From assembly GCA_000934665.2 (NCBI GenBank), contig KZ538393.1:1-64000 (forward strand): DNA of 64,000 nucleotides, in the 5' to 3' direction. The stretch comes from Catajapyx aquilonaris (Eukaryota). This document shows positions 34,562 to 46,500 of this stretch, in pieces. Numbering within the stretch: position 1 is the first letter of the stretch; each line of letters opens with the position of its first letter. A model generated the notes under the pieces. That model had not been told where the DNA came from, ran no database searches, and was given only the letters and a program-made list of their open reading frames with translations. A program made the position numbers and the translations under genes.

Positions 34562-37500
34562 ATGGCGTTCGCAGGGTTGAAGAAGCAGATCAATAAAGCC
34601 AACCAGGTGAGTTCAGAGAAGGGTGAAACGAGTGTCAGGGGGTGGGGTGGGAGGGGAAGGGAGGGCAGGTGACGGAAGGCGTTGCGACAAGAAGTTGACA
34701 ACTGTTAACAACCCCCGAGACGATGGCGTAGGAGGAAGACCTGCAGGTTGTGAAAAGATGAGAGAAAATAGGCGACTGGTGCTTTCGAGCATGTCAGATG
34801 TAATGGGAAAAATCTGGTTTTGGTTAAGCATTTTGGCAACTATAGTTCAAACCTGGCGGTCCTATATTGGTGGAGAGGTCAAGGTCGTCGGTGGTTGCCC
34901 ATTCACACGGTGGCTCATTTTCACGGTTGGGTGTACCAGAAGTGTGCCTTTTGACGGATGTTACATTTTTCGAGGTTCCAAAAATATAATAATGTTTTAT
35001 TCAGTACAGCGCCAAGAATGGGAGCGTTGGCGAACAAAGTTCTCCTCTTTTTTTTTACGATCCAGAAAACTGTCGGGTGTACTAAAAGGGGGGCGATCAA
35101 TTTCCAGGTAATAAATTCATTTCGAAAGAAGAAGAAATGGGTGGCACATAACTTCATTGGCTATAGAAGCTTTTTTCGCGATTGAGGTAGGGAACAAAAG
35201 AATGGAGTCGGAAGCTTTTACAAGTCTTGCCATTTTCTTTTCTGCCGATACGACCTTGATCTGAGACGAGCTGTTCGGATTTTTTTGATTTTTCTCCTTT
35301 TTTGGGGGAGGAGGATGATTAAAGCCTTTTCTGGTGCGGGATAAGCTGGACGCTAAATTATACACATGCTAATTTGCGATCTAGAACGGATCATTTCTCT
35401 GTCAGCTTCCGGATAGGCACTGCCCAAGACTCCAGTTGGGTGTATAGGGTTACGAATTGTTTACCCGAAGTCACCCTGTAACATGAACTCAAAGTAATCA
35501 GATTTCTGACGTTTGATTCAAATAAGCAATCACGTGCCCCCCCTCTCGTTTAAGTTGATTGAACATCGCACATGCGCGGATCTGTTCACGACAGCGGCAC
35601 GTGCTAATTTTCCGATTGATTCTCGGCACAGCGGGTATATGAAAACTCTCTGATTCAATGTCCATCCGTCGGCTAGATCTGGAAGGAGGATATAATTTGC
35701 CAGGAGTAGCGCTAATTAGCACGTTTAGAAACAGAAGCGCCAGAAGTAAATAACAGTATCATTTAGTGTGGAACCATGCTGGTTTTATTAATCTCGTTTA
35801 TGGGCTAGCTTAACCGGGGTTAAATCCTCAGTTATGGGGCACAGTTTGTGCATATAATTTGGCAAATTAACTCATTATACAGCTGCAGTTGGTGCTACGC
35901 TGTACGGAACCTCGGATATTGTACATGGGCCAGTTGCATGAATCCCGGGTAAGCGCTTCCCTCCAGGGAAGGCTTGAAACCCGAATTCTAAGCAGTACTT
36001 GATTTGCTGCCAGATCGTGAGAAAAATAGTCTTATTATTGTTATCATGGGTCATCACAGAACTTGACTGGAGCTTCATAAAAATTGGACCCCACAAATTT
36101 TGGCTTTTGATGAGGTTGGACCGTCACTTTTTCAACAAGTAGGATGGGAATCCTTCCAGATTTTTCTTCCCCGCTGGACCCCCTCCCTTCATCATCTCCC
36201 TTCCCGGATTAACCGGATTGGATCCCTTCCACAAAACACCGATTAACCGTCAGGCAAAAATTTGCGGTCGGAATAAAGTTGTACGGGCTTTTAGTACGCT
36301 GTGTATCATGTCGTGCTCCCAAATCCTGGCCCGAGATTAAAGGGGGACGCCCATAATGAATTAGGTGGACTCTGGAAATAATCTGGTGCCGGGGGGGGGG
36401 NNNNNNNNNNNNNNNNNNNNNNNNNNNNNNNNNNNNNNNNNNNNNNNNNNNNNNNNNNNNNNNNNNNNNNNNNNNNNNNNNNNNNNNNNNNNNNNNNNNN
36501 NNNNNNNNNNNNNNNNNNNNNNNNNNNNNNNNNNNNNNNNNNNNNNNNNNNNNNNNNNNNNNNNNNNNNNNNNNNNNNNNNNNNNNNNNNNNNNNNNNNN
36601 NNNNNNNNNNNNNNNNNNNNNNNNNNNNNNNNNNNNNNNNNNNNNNNNNNNNNNNNNNNNNNNNNNNNNNNNTTTTTTTTTTTTTTTTTGGGAGGGGTTC
36701 TCCTCGCGAATCCCCTTGTCGCCACAGGTCCTGAAAGCTTGGAGATGACAATAATTAGCATGGGGGATGGTAACTACAATGCTGACCATTATGGCCGTGG
36801 CAGTGTGGGGAGTTGGGGGGTAATTAATTATGGGGAGAGATATGGGACTAATTTCCCTGCTCCATCTCCCCCCCCTTATTTCAGCGGCGTGTTTTGTCTG
36901 GCGGCGAGGTGGTTTACCCAAAGGGAGAGCAATGTCGAGGAATGCCCTGCTTCGGCTTCATTTCAGTCGGCCTGGGCTCGTCCGCCACGCGATTATTGTC
37001 TGTGAGTTTGTCGTGGTGGGATGGGGAGGGTAGGAGGGGGAGGCGCCTTGCGGTATTCAAAAGCCAGTGGTAGTCAATAACTCCGAGTGTGGAACTCTGG
37101 CATGCCCCGCATCCATCTGAATTAAACCGGGACAAGGATTGATGGTGCGGACTACTCTAATCGCAGGTGGTGTCTGGAGGTGACTGTTGCTCGCGACGAC
37201 GGCTGCTGGCTGCACCCCCCTTTTTTTTCTAACCAAATAAAAGCCGATGCCTGGCTTGCCTCGCTTCACTTAATATGTAATTCCTCGGACGCAATGCAGC
37301 GTCCTGGGAATCGGCAGCGAGGTGCACTGCACTGCACTGCTGGGTTGTGAGGGTCGGGAGTTCATCGTGTTATCCTATGCAATTTGCATGGCCCCTCATC
37401 TCGTGTGGGATGCAAAGGTGCTATCTTTTCCACCGGACATGCAGAGAATTAAATGCGCCCTATCAAATCTAGCAAAAAATAAATAAAAATGCTTCTGATT

Positions 37501-40500
37501 GACAAACTATGTGCACTTTGATTGGTATGTGGGTGTACACCACCCACTTGGCGGTGCACACACGCACGTCGGTTATACTGTACCAACTATAGGCAACTAC
37601 CAAGTACAATTTGGGTTTCGCAGCTCGTAGTGCCCAGCTGAGGTTAATTGCAATTTAAGCTGAGGGTCAGGGATGTGCTGCTGGGTTGCGTAATGATGGC
37701 GATGTTTGTCTGACGGACTGCGATGATCGTTAGGCATGAGTGTCCGAGTTTCCGCGCGAAACATGAGACTGCTTCAGACACTTCAGCTGTTTTTGCGAGT
37801 TTTTGAAAAATGGCGACTTTTCCCGCCTCGCTTTGTAGAGGGTTGTGAAATTCGCGAAAAAGGCCGACAAAGAGACAAAGCCCACCAGCCCCTGTGCGTC
37901 ATTGGTGTGTGGGTATTCGTGTCAGGTCTGGGGTGATAATGTTTGCGGGGGTGGATATCACGTTGCCTAGCAGCTGAGAGGAGGCGGTGGATGAGTTGAG
38001 CAATTGCAAGTAGGCTGATAGTCCAGACGATATGAGTATTTATAAAACGTGCGATTGAACACGTGCAATGAATTTGAATTTTTGAAAGCGAGAAAACATG
38101 AATTGCTCAACGCTCTGAATGTACGAGCATAGCTACATATGGAGTTGCACTGGTCCACAAAAAGCTTGTTTCAGTTGGAGATATATTGAATTAATTTATA
38201 AATCTAGCCTCGAATATGCCATTTGATTGTAGCAGTCGGGGTACTCATCCTGATTAATCATGTGTGTACAGCATTGAAAGTGCATGTTGTGTGACATAAA
38301 TGAAAGAGGAATCAGGGCGAACAGTGCAGAACTGGATTGCACAACCCTTTCCAGTAATGTAATTAAGCATTTAGTAATTCTCATCAGATTTGTTTGCCTG
38401 TTTTTGACCAATGCAACGTAGCAGTTTCATTTACTCACAGTGCATGGCAACTATTACACTTGCCATTCAAACCAGATTTAATGAGTAAATGGCTAATCTG
38501 ATTTGCATTCTATTTAACAATCAATCGTAATATTTTTCTTCTTTGTTGCAGTACATGACGGAGAAGATGGGCGGTGCGGAAGGAACCAAAATGGATGATG
38601 ACTTTGTAGAGATGGAGAGGGTAAGCCAGAACGTTTTAGCTACTCACCCCAGAGGCAGAATATTATCGTGCATGAACATGGAAGTGGTACATGGTGATTT
38701 ATTGGGAAACGATTTGGGAATTTCCATGCCCCTCTATAACTGCAGTAAAAATAAAGCATGGCTCAAGAACTTGTAGGATTAAGACTTTAATGAGTCAAAG
38801 ACATTGTACTTGAATTTAATGCTCTTGCATGCATTATGATGTCTGATAACTTCATAGATTGAAATAGTTCCTGTATAAAGACACTTGATCCATAAGGTTA
38901 TTTGTTAAAGTGTAGAGCAGCATATTTTCTCAGGGAGACGTCAAAGGTGATGTGCAAATGTCTCATAATCTGACTGCTTCACTTTTTGTCCCACTTTAGA
39001 AAACAGATATCACGTATGAGTTGGTTGAAGAGCTGCAGGTGAAGGCGAAGGAGTACCTCCAGCCCAACCCTACCGCCAGGGCTAAGATGGCAGCTGTGAA
39101 GGGAATTTCGAAACTCAGTGGGCAAGCCAAGGCATCCACGTATCCGCAGCCAGAGGGTGTCCTGGGCGACTGCATGATCATGTATGGGAAGAAAATTGAG
39201 GACAGTATATTTGGTAAGTATTTCGCAGGTTTTCCTGCTTTCAGTGTTAGTAATTTGCAGATTCATGGGTCACATTTAGGAGGCAGAATTTTGAAAATGG
39301 AAGTGGAACCCACTTGTTGTTGGGAAGTAATTAGTTGAGGGCCAGGCATTGCTTGAGAAAATTCACGATTTCAAGAAGAAAGTACTGCTTTAAGCTGGTC
39401 TTTAATGTCTTCGTCACATCTTTTGACTGGAAATGATTCCTTTATCCTAAATGAACCCTTTTCAGCTTCCCTCTAAGTGAATTTATCCGTGTTTTCCCAA
39501 GACCATTTCCTTGTCAGAGTGAGCGGCTTGATCTGATAAGTGATGGCATTATTGGATTTCAGTCAGGCTGTGAATATGCTGTGAACAAATTTGCCAACAA
39601 CGATACAAATTAAATCATGTTGTAAACTGTCACTCTTACTCCACATCAAACCTAGCGACTTGTTTAGAGAGATCATCCCCTGATTCCATGTCCAGTTTAG
39701 GAATATCCCTGGCAACACAGCCTATAATTGTGGTTCTCAACCTTGGTGGATAGCCCAAATTATAGTAACAAAATGCTTCAATAGAGTGCTCCAAAGGCAT
39801 TTTTATTCTTGCTGAGTCACTTACTGACTGGTTGGTTGTTTTCATGCTTTATTGTAATGGCTGATAGCAAATGACATGTACAGAGGTGTGTACTGTCTAG
39901 TTGACTTCCAATACTGAAGCAAGGTAACATGTGAATTACTCGCTCTAGTTTCTCATGAGACACTTGTAGATCCCGAATGGGAGTGCACTGTGTATCGTCC
40001 ACTGAAGAGAGTGATCTGTTGCTTGTTTCCCTGTCACACTGTTGGAAGTAAAGTAAGAGTTGATGCATCTCACTGGGGCAGTAATTAAGAAACAAACATA
40101 AGTGAAGGCGACATGTTCAACAATGATTTGAACGACCAGTCTCCAAAATTTGTGACATTGAATCAGTGCCTAAAAACTGTCTTAGAAAGATTTTGTCACC
40201 TTACTCAGAGTTTGTGCTGCTGTGTCTTCAAATTTTAGTAGGGTGGCACGTCCTGCTGGTAAGGAACTTGTAAAAAGGTTGGGAACCACTGGTTCTCTGT
40301 GACCATCACACCCTTCTTATACCCTGATCCCACCTCCCACACTGTTGTGGCCATGATACCCAGCCTCCTTCCCTTACATGTATCTCACAAGGGGATGCAT
40401 TGTATGGTAAGTGCTAAATTAAAGTTTCAACCAAACTTTGGTGAGCGATAGCAGTCCATGCTAGATGGCCACTGCCATCAATGTGGTACACAGAGTTTCG

Positions 40501-43500
40501 TATTAAATACGCAAAATATTGCAAATGATAAGACACCGCTGCATTGGCACAGTGTAAGAACCTTAATATTGTGTAAAAACGGGCCTTTTTACCAGTTGTT
40601 CTTGCTGATTCCATTGACCTTTCAACTGTTACTCAGGAGAGGCATGCAAACTTTTTGCTTACCTAACATGAGACTCTTCCACTAATATTGATGGTGTTGG
40701 CCATCTGGTAGGGAGTGCTTTCTCTTGCTGTAATTTGCTTGAAAGCGAGTGTATTTTTGAATGAAAATATAGACAATTTTTTTGTGCCTGCTGCCAACAT
40801 GGCAGTGTGATGCTACTGGGGGGGATTATTCAAAACTAAATCACGGAAGAAAAGTTCCTATCCTGCCACGATGTTTAAGAGTTTGACAAAATTGCAGTTA
40901 GATATACATGAGTAGAGCATGGTCTTGTATTATTATTTTTATACAGAGTTTCGAGTAATATATTTCAGCTTGTGGAGAATTCCAGAATATGCATGCAAGA
41001 TTTATTTACACTTGGAATTATTACTGCTTCATCTCATTTGTGAAATAACCAAAAGTTACAAGGGACCACAGTGTCTAGATGAAGAGACCAGTCTAGTCTG
41101 CAGTGAAATAAAATATAAAAAAAGTATTTTTCCCTTTGTTGAATGTCTTCAAGGACAGAATTGTGCACTAATTATTATTAGCAGTAATCATTATAATGTC
41201 ACAGTTATTAGATGCATGGGATTCTAATTTGCAAGGTTAGTAGGGCTTGTGTCCACTGACATTTGATCAAATGTCAATTAGTATTTTGGGTTTCGGTACT
41301 TGTGCTGGCCTGTAATAAGTAAAAATGCTCACTTATTGCTCTGTATTCACTGAACATAAATGGCACAGGCCTGGTCAGGATTACTGTGATAGGTTTTGAA
41401 GTGTACACATAATTCACTAATTCACAGAATGCATCCAGTCTCCTAATTCATTTTTGGGAGTGAGCTTTGAGCAGGGGGGGGGGGGGGTATCACTACTATG
41501 CATGTGCACAAAATAATCATAAGATTTTTCTCATCAACAACCACAAGTTGNCCCCCCCCCCCCCCCGTCCCAAAAGTACTCCCTGCTGTATCTATATGCT
41601 GGTTCTTCACAACCTGAGAAGCCTTATTTAACCATACCCATTTTTTCCACCTGCACAGGCTCGGCATTGTGTGAAACTGGGGAGTCAATGAAGCAGATGG
41701 CAGATGTGAAGTACTCCCTTGATGACAATATAAAGCAAAATTTCTTGGAGCCCCTGCACCACTTGCAGACGAAAGACCTCAAGGAAGTCATGGTAAGAGT
41801 GCCGTAATGTTGCGTTGACACCGTATCTTTCTTGGTGGTGGTGTCTTTAATTGCATGACCCAATAGAACACAAGGACCAAAGTGCATGGTAATGCAGTCT
41901 GTTCCAATAATTAGGGTCCTTTTGGTTATCACACAATTATTTGCCTGAAGCTATTATTTTGCATAGCTTTTTGCACCCCTAACTAGGTGCCTAATTATTC
42001 TGCCACTGAGTATGGTCGAATACTTGGAACACACTACACTATGAATGGAATAAATGCATAAAAATAATTGTTCATTGCAATTGGCAAGTTATTAACAGCG
42101 CTATCTGCTGGGATGGTTCTTTCAAATTGGTATCAAGTTGGGGAAGCAGTAATTAAATTTGCGGGTATGCATTGATGAAATCTTCTAAGAACACAATTTC
42201 TTCTCTTTCAAGCACCATCGGAAAAAGTTGCAAGGAAGGAGGCTAGATTTCGACTGCAAGAAGAGGAGACAGTCCAAAGGTACGACTGGCATCTTCCATT
42301 GTCTTAGCCATTTGCTTTTGTGCTGGGTCTTGGAAAGTGATAAGTGGGCTGAATCAAGTAGTTTTCGATGTTGGTTGCTCATTCTCTTTCAAACAGAGTA
42401 GAGCAAGTGAAACTTTTTTCACCCTATCTTTCGGTGTCTTGTGTGCACATGAGACGCTTGACATGCCACTTCTTCACTTTGATAACTACAGCTATTTTTT
42501 TTTAAATAGGCGCAAACATTAGTGTGAGTTTACATTTTGTGTTCTTTTTCCCCCCCCCTTTTTTTTGTCTACCCCCCAACCTGTCTGATCTTTTTTGACG
42601 TAACACAGCCGGACATGGTAAGGTCATTTGACATGATTACTTGCTGAACTTTTGATATTTGTTCTAAGAATCGCTTGACATGGAAACCCACTCTTCATTT
42701 TTTATACACACTCTTGTATTGCATGTTTTATATTCATTACTTATGCAATTTCTTTCTTTTACGGGGCTCATTGGGAATCACTAGTCTTGGTGGCTTTTGA
42801 GAGTAGGGGATTTTAGTCTTGGTGTAAGTTTATTACATTGAACAGACAGTTCAGTAATCTACATTTTGAGTGTACTGTGCAACATGGTGTATTTTCCAAC
42901 CCTTCAGGACTGGTTCATTTTTACACTTATGCAGTATTTTATACTAATTTGACTAGAAAAATGAATTAATGGCAGGCTGCACACTAGTCTAGTAAACATT
43001 TACTTGCAGAAGCGATTAAATATTAAGTGCAATGACACATAATCGTAAGCTTGAACTGTTGAGTTTACAATGTCAAAATTGCAGGGCTTATTTTCACCCA
43101 CATTTACAGAATTAAAATACAGAAGTATATATTTCAATTCACTTTTTGTTTTGGGGTTTTTGATGAACACTATTGCTTAATGTTCCTGTTAATTTGCGTA
43201 TAATGGCTCTTGGTATATTAATTTTGCAATCACTGAGCTGCTTTGGTCCTGAAGGATAGATCAATTCAGTCACCTTGTATTTACAACTTTTGTTTTCCTC
43301 CACATGGTTGCATGTATTGTCTGTGACTTAATAACATGCGAAGCTGCAATGTCCCCAGCACGCAGCCCTGCACGGAGTCCTGCCTTAGGCCGCAGCATGG
43401 GTATGTTGGTCTGCATGCCAAAGTTCACTACCAATATCTACACTGCACTTCTTATGCCTTGCACATCTTGCCCTGGTTTTCAACCCAAATCCAATCATAA

Positions 43501-46500
43501 TTAATAATACGCTCTATTTGACTTTACTGAATTTCTACACGTACTTCCTTCAGACCATCAACCATCTGCTAATTCGGGGGTTGGAGATCAGACTTGCAGG
43601 CCTGCCTTATTGCACATTTAACATTGAGGCAACTTACTAATAAGTGCAGTTTCCTTCAAAAACAGTGTGAAGCTTGCAAAAGTAAGGGCACAGTCTGAAT
43701 AAGTTGAGTTGGCATGACTCCAGCAGGAAAACAATGATGGAAAAATGCTAGCATGCAAAAAGCATTCATATTAGTTATTATTTGAGAGCTCCTTTCAAGA
43801 TGCTCATGCAGTCTGTCATAAAATTTATGGGTGTGTTGCCATTCTGATTCATATAATGATGGAAATGTCAATATGATGCCGTGTAGGTCATCTATGTCAG
43901 CAGAAATATTTCTCAGCTTATTCACCCCAGTGGCCATTATTAATTCTCTTTAATAAGGCAAGGCAAATATCCATGTCACTGTCTCTTATGGGAAGTGGGC
44001 TGTTCTGCGATGATAATATGGAATGCACTTCATGTTTCAGAATTGAGCTCACATCTGTGTTGGTAAAAATTTTGTGGACCCTCGCAAGAGCTCTCATTTC
44101 TATTCCTGCTATGAGTAGTCGCATACACTGTTAGAGTGTCTTTTACATGGGCTTTCCCGTGGTATGTATGATTCCATTCCAAAGTGGAAGTTAACGGGAA
44201 CGATCATCTACAAAATTTCCATAGATGCAAATGTGAGCCCAATAATGAAAGACGTGGTATATTCCCCATTTACTTTAGATTCCTTTTTTTGTGGAATAAA
44301 TTAAATCAGCAGCTGTTGAAATTTTATGCTGCACAGTACCATGCCACTTGAAATATGTATAGAAAATAGTTATGATCGTTATTGAAAGGTATTGCTTGGA
44401 ATTAGTTTTTAGGATTCCTCTGATGGAAGGGTTGATCAAGCAAAGTTTTTTTTCCAGATATTCTAATTACATTTGCAAGATGCCTAAAAATTAGGGAAAT
44501 GCTGCAAGAGGCCTACTATTTATTGCATGTAAATTACTGTAAATACTGAGCATTAGCTGTCACCTCTCCCTTCCTGGCCAATTGCATGTTCCTTGCTTTA
44601 ACATCTTCAGCATGCTACTTGACTGTAAGTTAAGAAAGAGACACATATTGACTCTGCATAGCTAACGTTGGTAAGTACTTGCCAAAGAGTCACGAGGGAT
44701 GAGGAAGGCGTGCTGGACCGTTAGGGGAACAAGAACCACCCCCTTTCTTTTGACTTGTGCCTCCCCAGGTTCCCACGTGACAGATGAGGAGATCAAGTTG
44801 GCAGAGGACAAGTTTGCGGAGTCGCTGCACCTGGCTCAGATGGGGATGCACAATCTGCTGGACAACGAAGTGAGTTCACTTGGTCTCCTTCCCCCGCATG
44901 CATGCATGGTTGTTGTGAACCCACTGTTTGTGTGTGTAAGAATACACTGTTTTTCACCCATTAGGTAGAGCAGATATTCCAACTGGCAACGTTTGCAGAG
45001 GCCCTGCTTGAATATCACCAGCAATGCACCGAGATACTCAAGACTCTCACTGAGACTCTCAACGAGAAGTAAGTGGGAGGGGCAGCGGTTGAGACAAACC
45101 TCATGCAGATTATTATCGATGTTTGCTCAATTCGGCAACTCGTGCATGTGTATTTAACCCCTGTTTCTTTCATTCTAGTCTGGTGTTTAATTTTCCTGTT
45201 TGCAGGATAGATTCGTCCCCTTCAGTGATAAAAAATAAATTACACTGGAACTTTCTAGCATCAGTTGTATTGATTGCTCTGTCCACTCAGTAAATATTTT
45301 AGGAAGGATTTTGCTCCTTTTTTTGTTGTGTAGTAGTCCAGATGTGAAGTTCCACTGTGGTTGTGTACTAATCTATGCAATTTGTAATCACTGGAATATT
45401 TCCACTGTCTTTTTGTTTAATCTATTGCATGCATCTATTCCAGACAAGATCTTGTGCCTTAAATTTTTTTTAACCCGTTTGATGCGTAATTTTTCTGTTC
45501 ACAGGTAGTTGCCTTCCCTTGAGTGTTGGTGGTACACGATTTAGTTGCTTGTGAAGACTTGCTGGTAATGCACGTTTCTTGGCCATGTGCGTCTTAGGGG
45601 TGGGAATCAGCTCAGTGTTAAAGCGCAGGTAGCTGTATGTTGACTAGAACTATGTAATTCCCTGCTCTCACTGTGTTCATGTAAAGAGAGGCCAAGAAAA
45701 GTGCACGACCCATAAGATTTACGGACCCTGTACTATAAATCGTGTTTCTCTGGTTGCATTGCTAGGAAGGAGGAAGCTGCATCACGACCAAAGAGAGAGT
45801 TTATCCCGAAGACGGTGGCTGACCTGACTGTGGAGACACCCAACCACACTGGAGACACCCTGAACGGTGCGCCCCCTCCTTATCAAAATGCATTTTCTGG
45901 TTAGTTATTATGTTCTTTTTGAGTTTTTTTCGTTCTGTTTTGGGGATTTGTCAGGTTGTGGGGTGGGTGTTAGGGGCAAAAGAGCCCTGTTTACAATGCT
46001 GTAGGCCTGGTGCCCCTTGTTATGATTTTTGAGGGTTGATTTGAATGTGTGTGATTACAATTGCAGAGTGATGTTCTGTTTGCATTGTTAACGCTTGATT
46101 TTCAAATTGTATGGTATGTGATAATGTGAATTATTTAATCATCACGCTGTGAGAGATCTGCCCACATCATATCATGTGCATTTTTTAAATTATTTTTTTT
46201 TGCCTTCCCTCATTCTCCTTGCCTGCAAAGTTATTCAATTATCTGGTCTTCCACTGACTACATTGGGTTGAGTTTTATTTCTCTTCATGGTTAAATGGAA
46301 TTTTCTGGGGAAAACACCATGGTCATTCAAACACCCCCTGAAACCAGCTCACGTTTTCATTGTTTGAAAAAATTATTTAACTTCCCATCACTCACTCGCC
46401 ACCATCAAATTTTTGTGAATTGGATCCCCAATGGCTGACTCTGTTGGTGTGATTCTCTGTAGGCAGCACTCCACAGCGCTCTCCGCTTCCTTCCCCTTCG

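Noticed and set aside
36209..36921. Long ORFs spanning 36.2-36.9 kb
   Set aside because: Artefacts of the 271-N gap and adjacent homopolymers.
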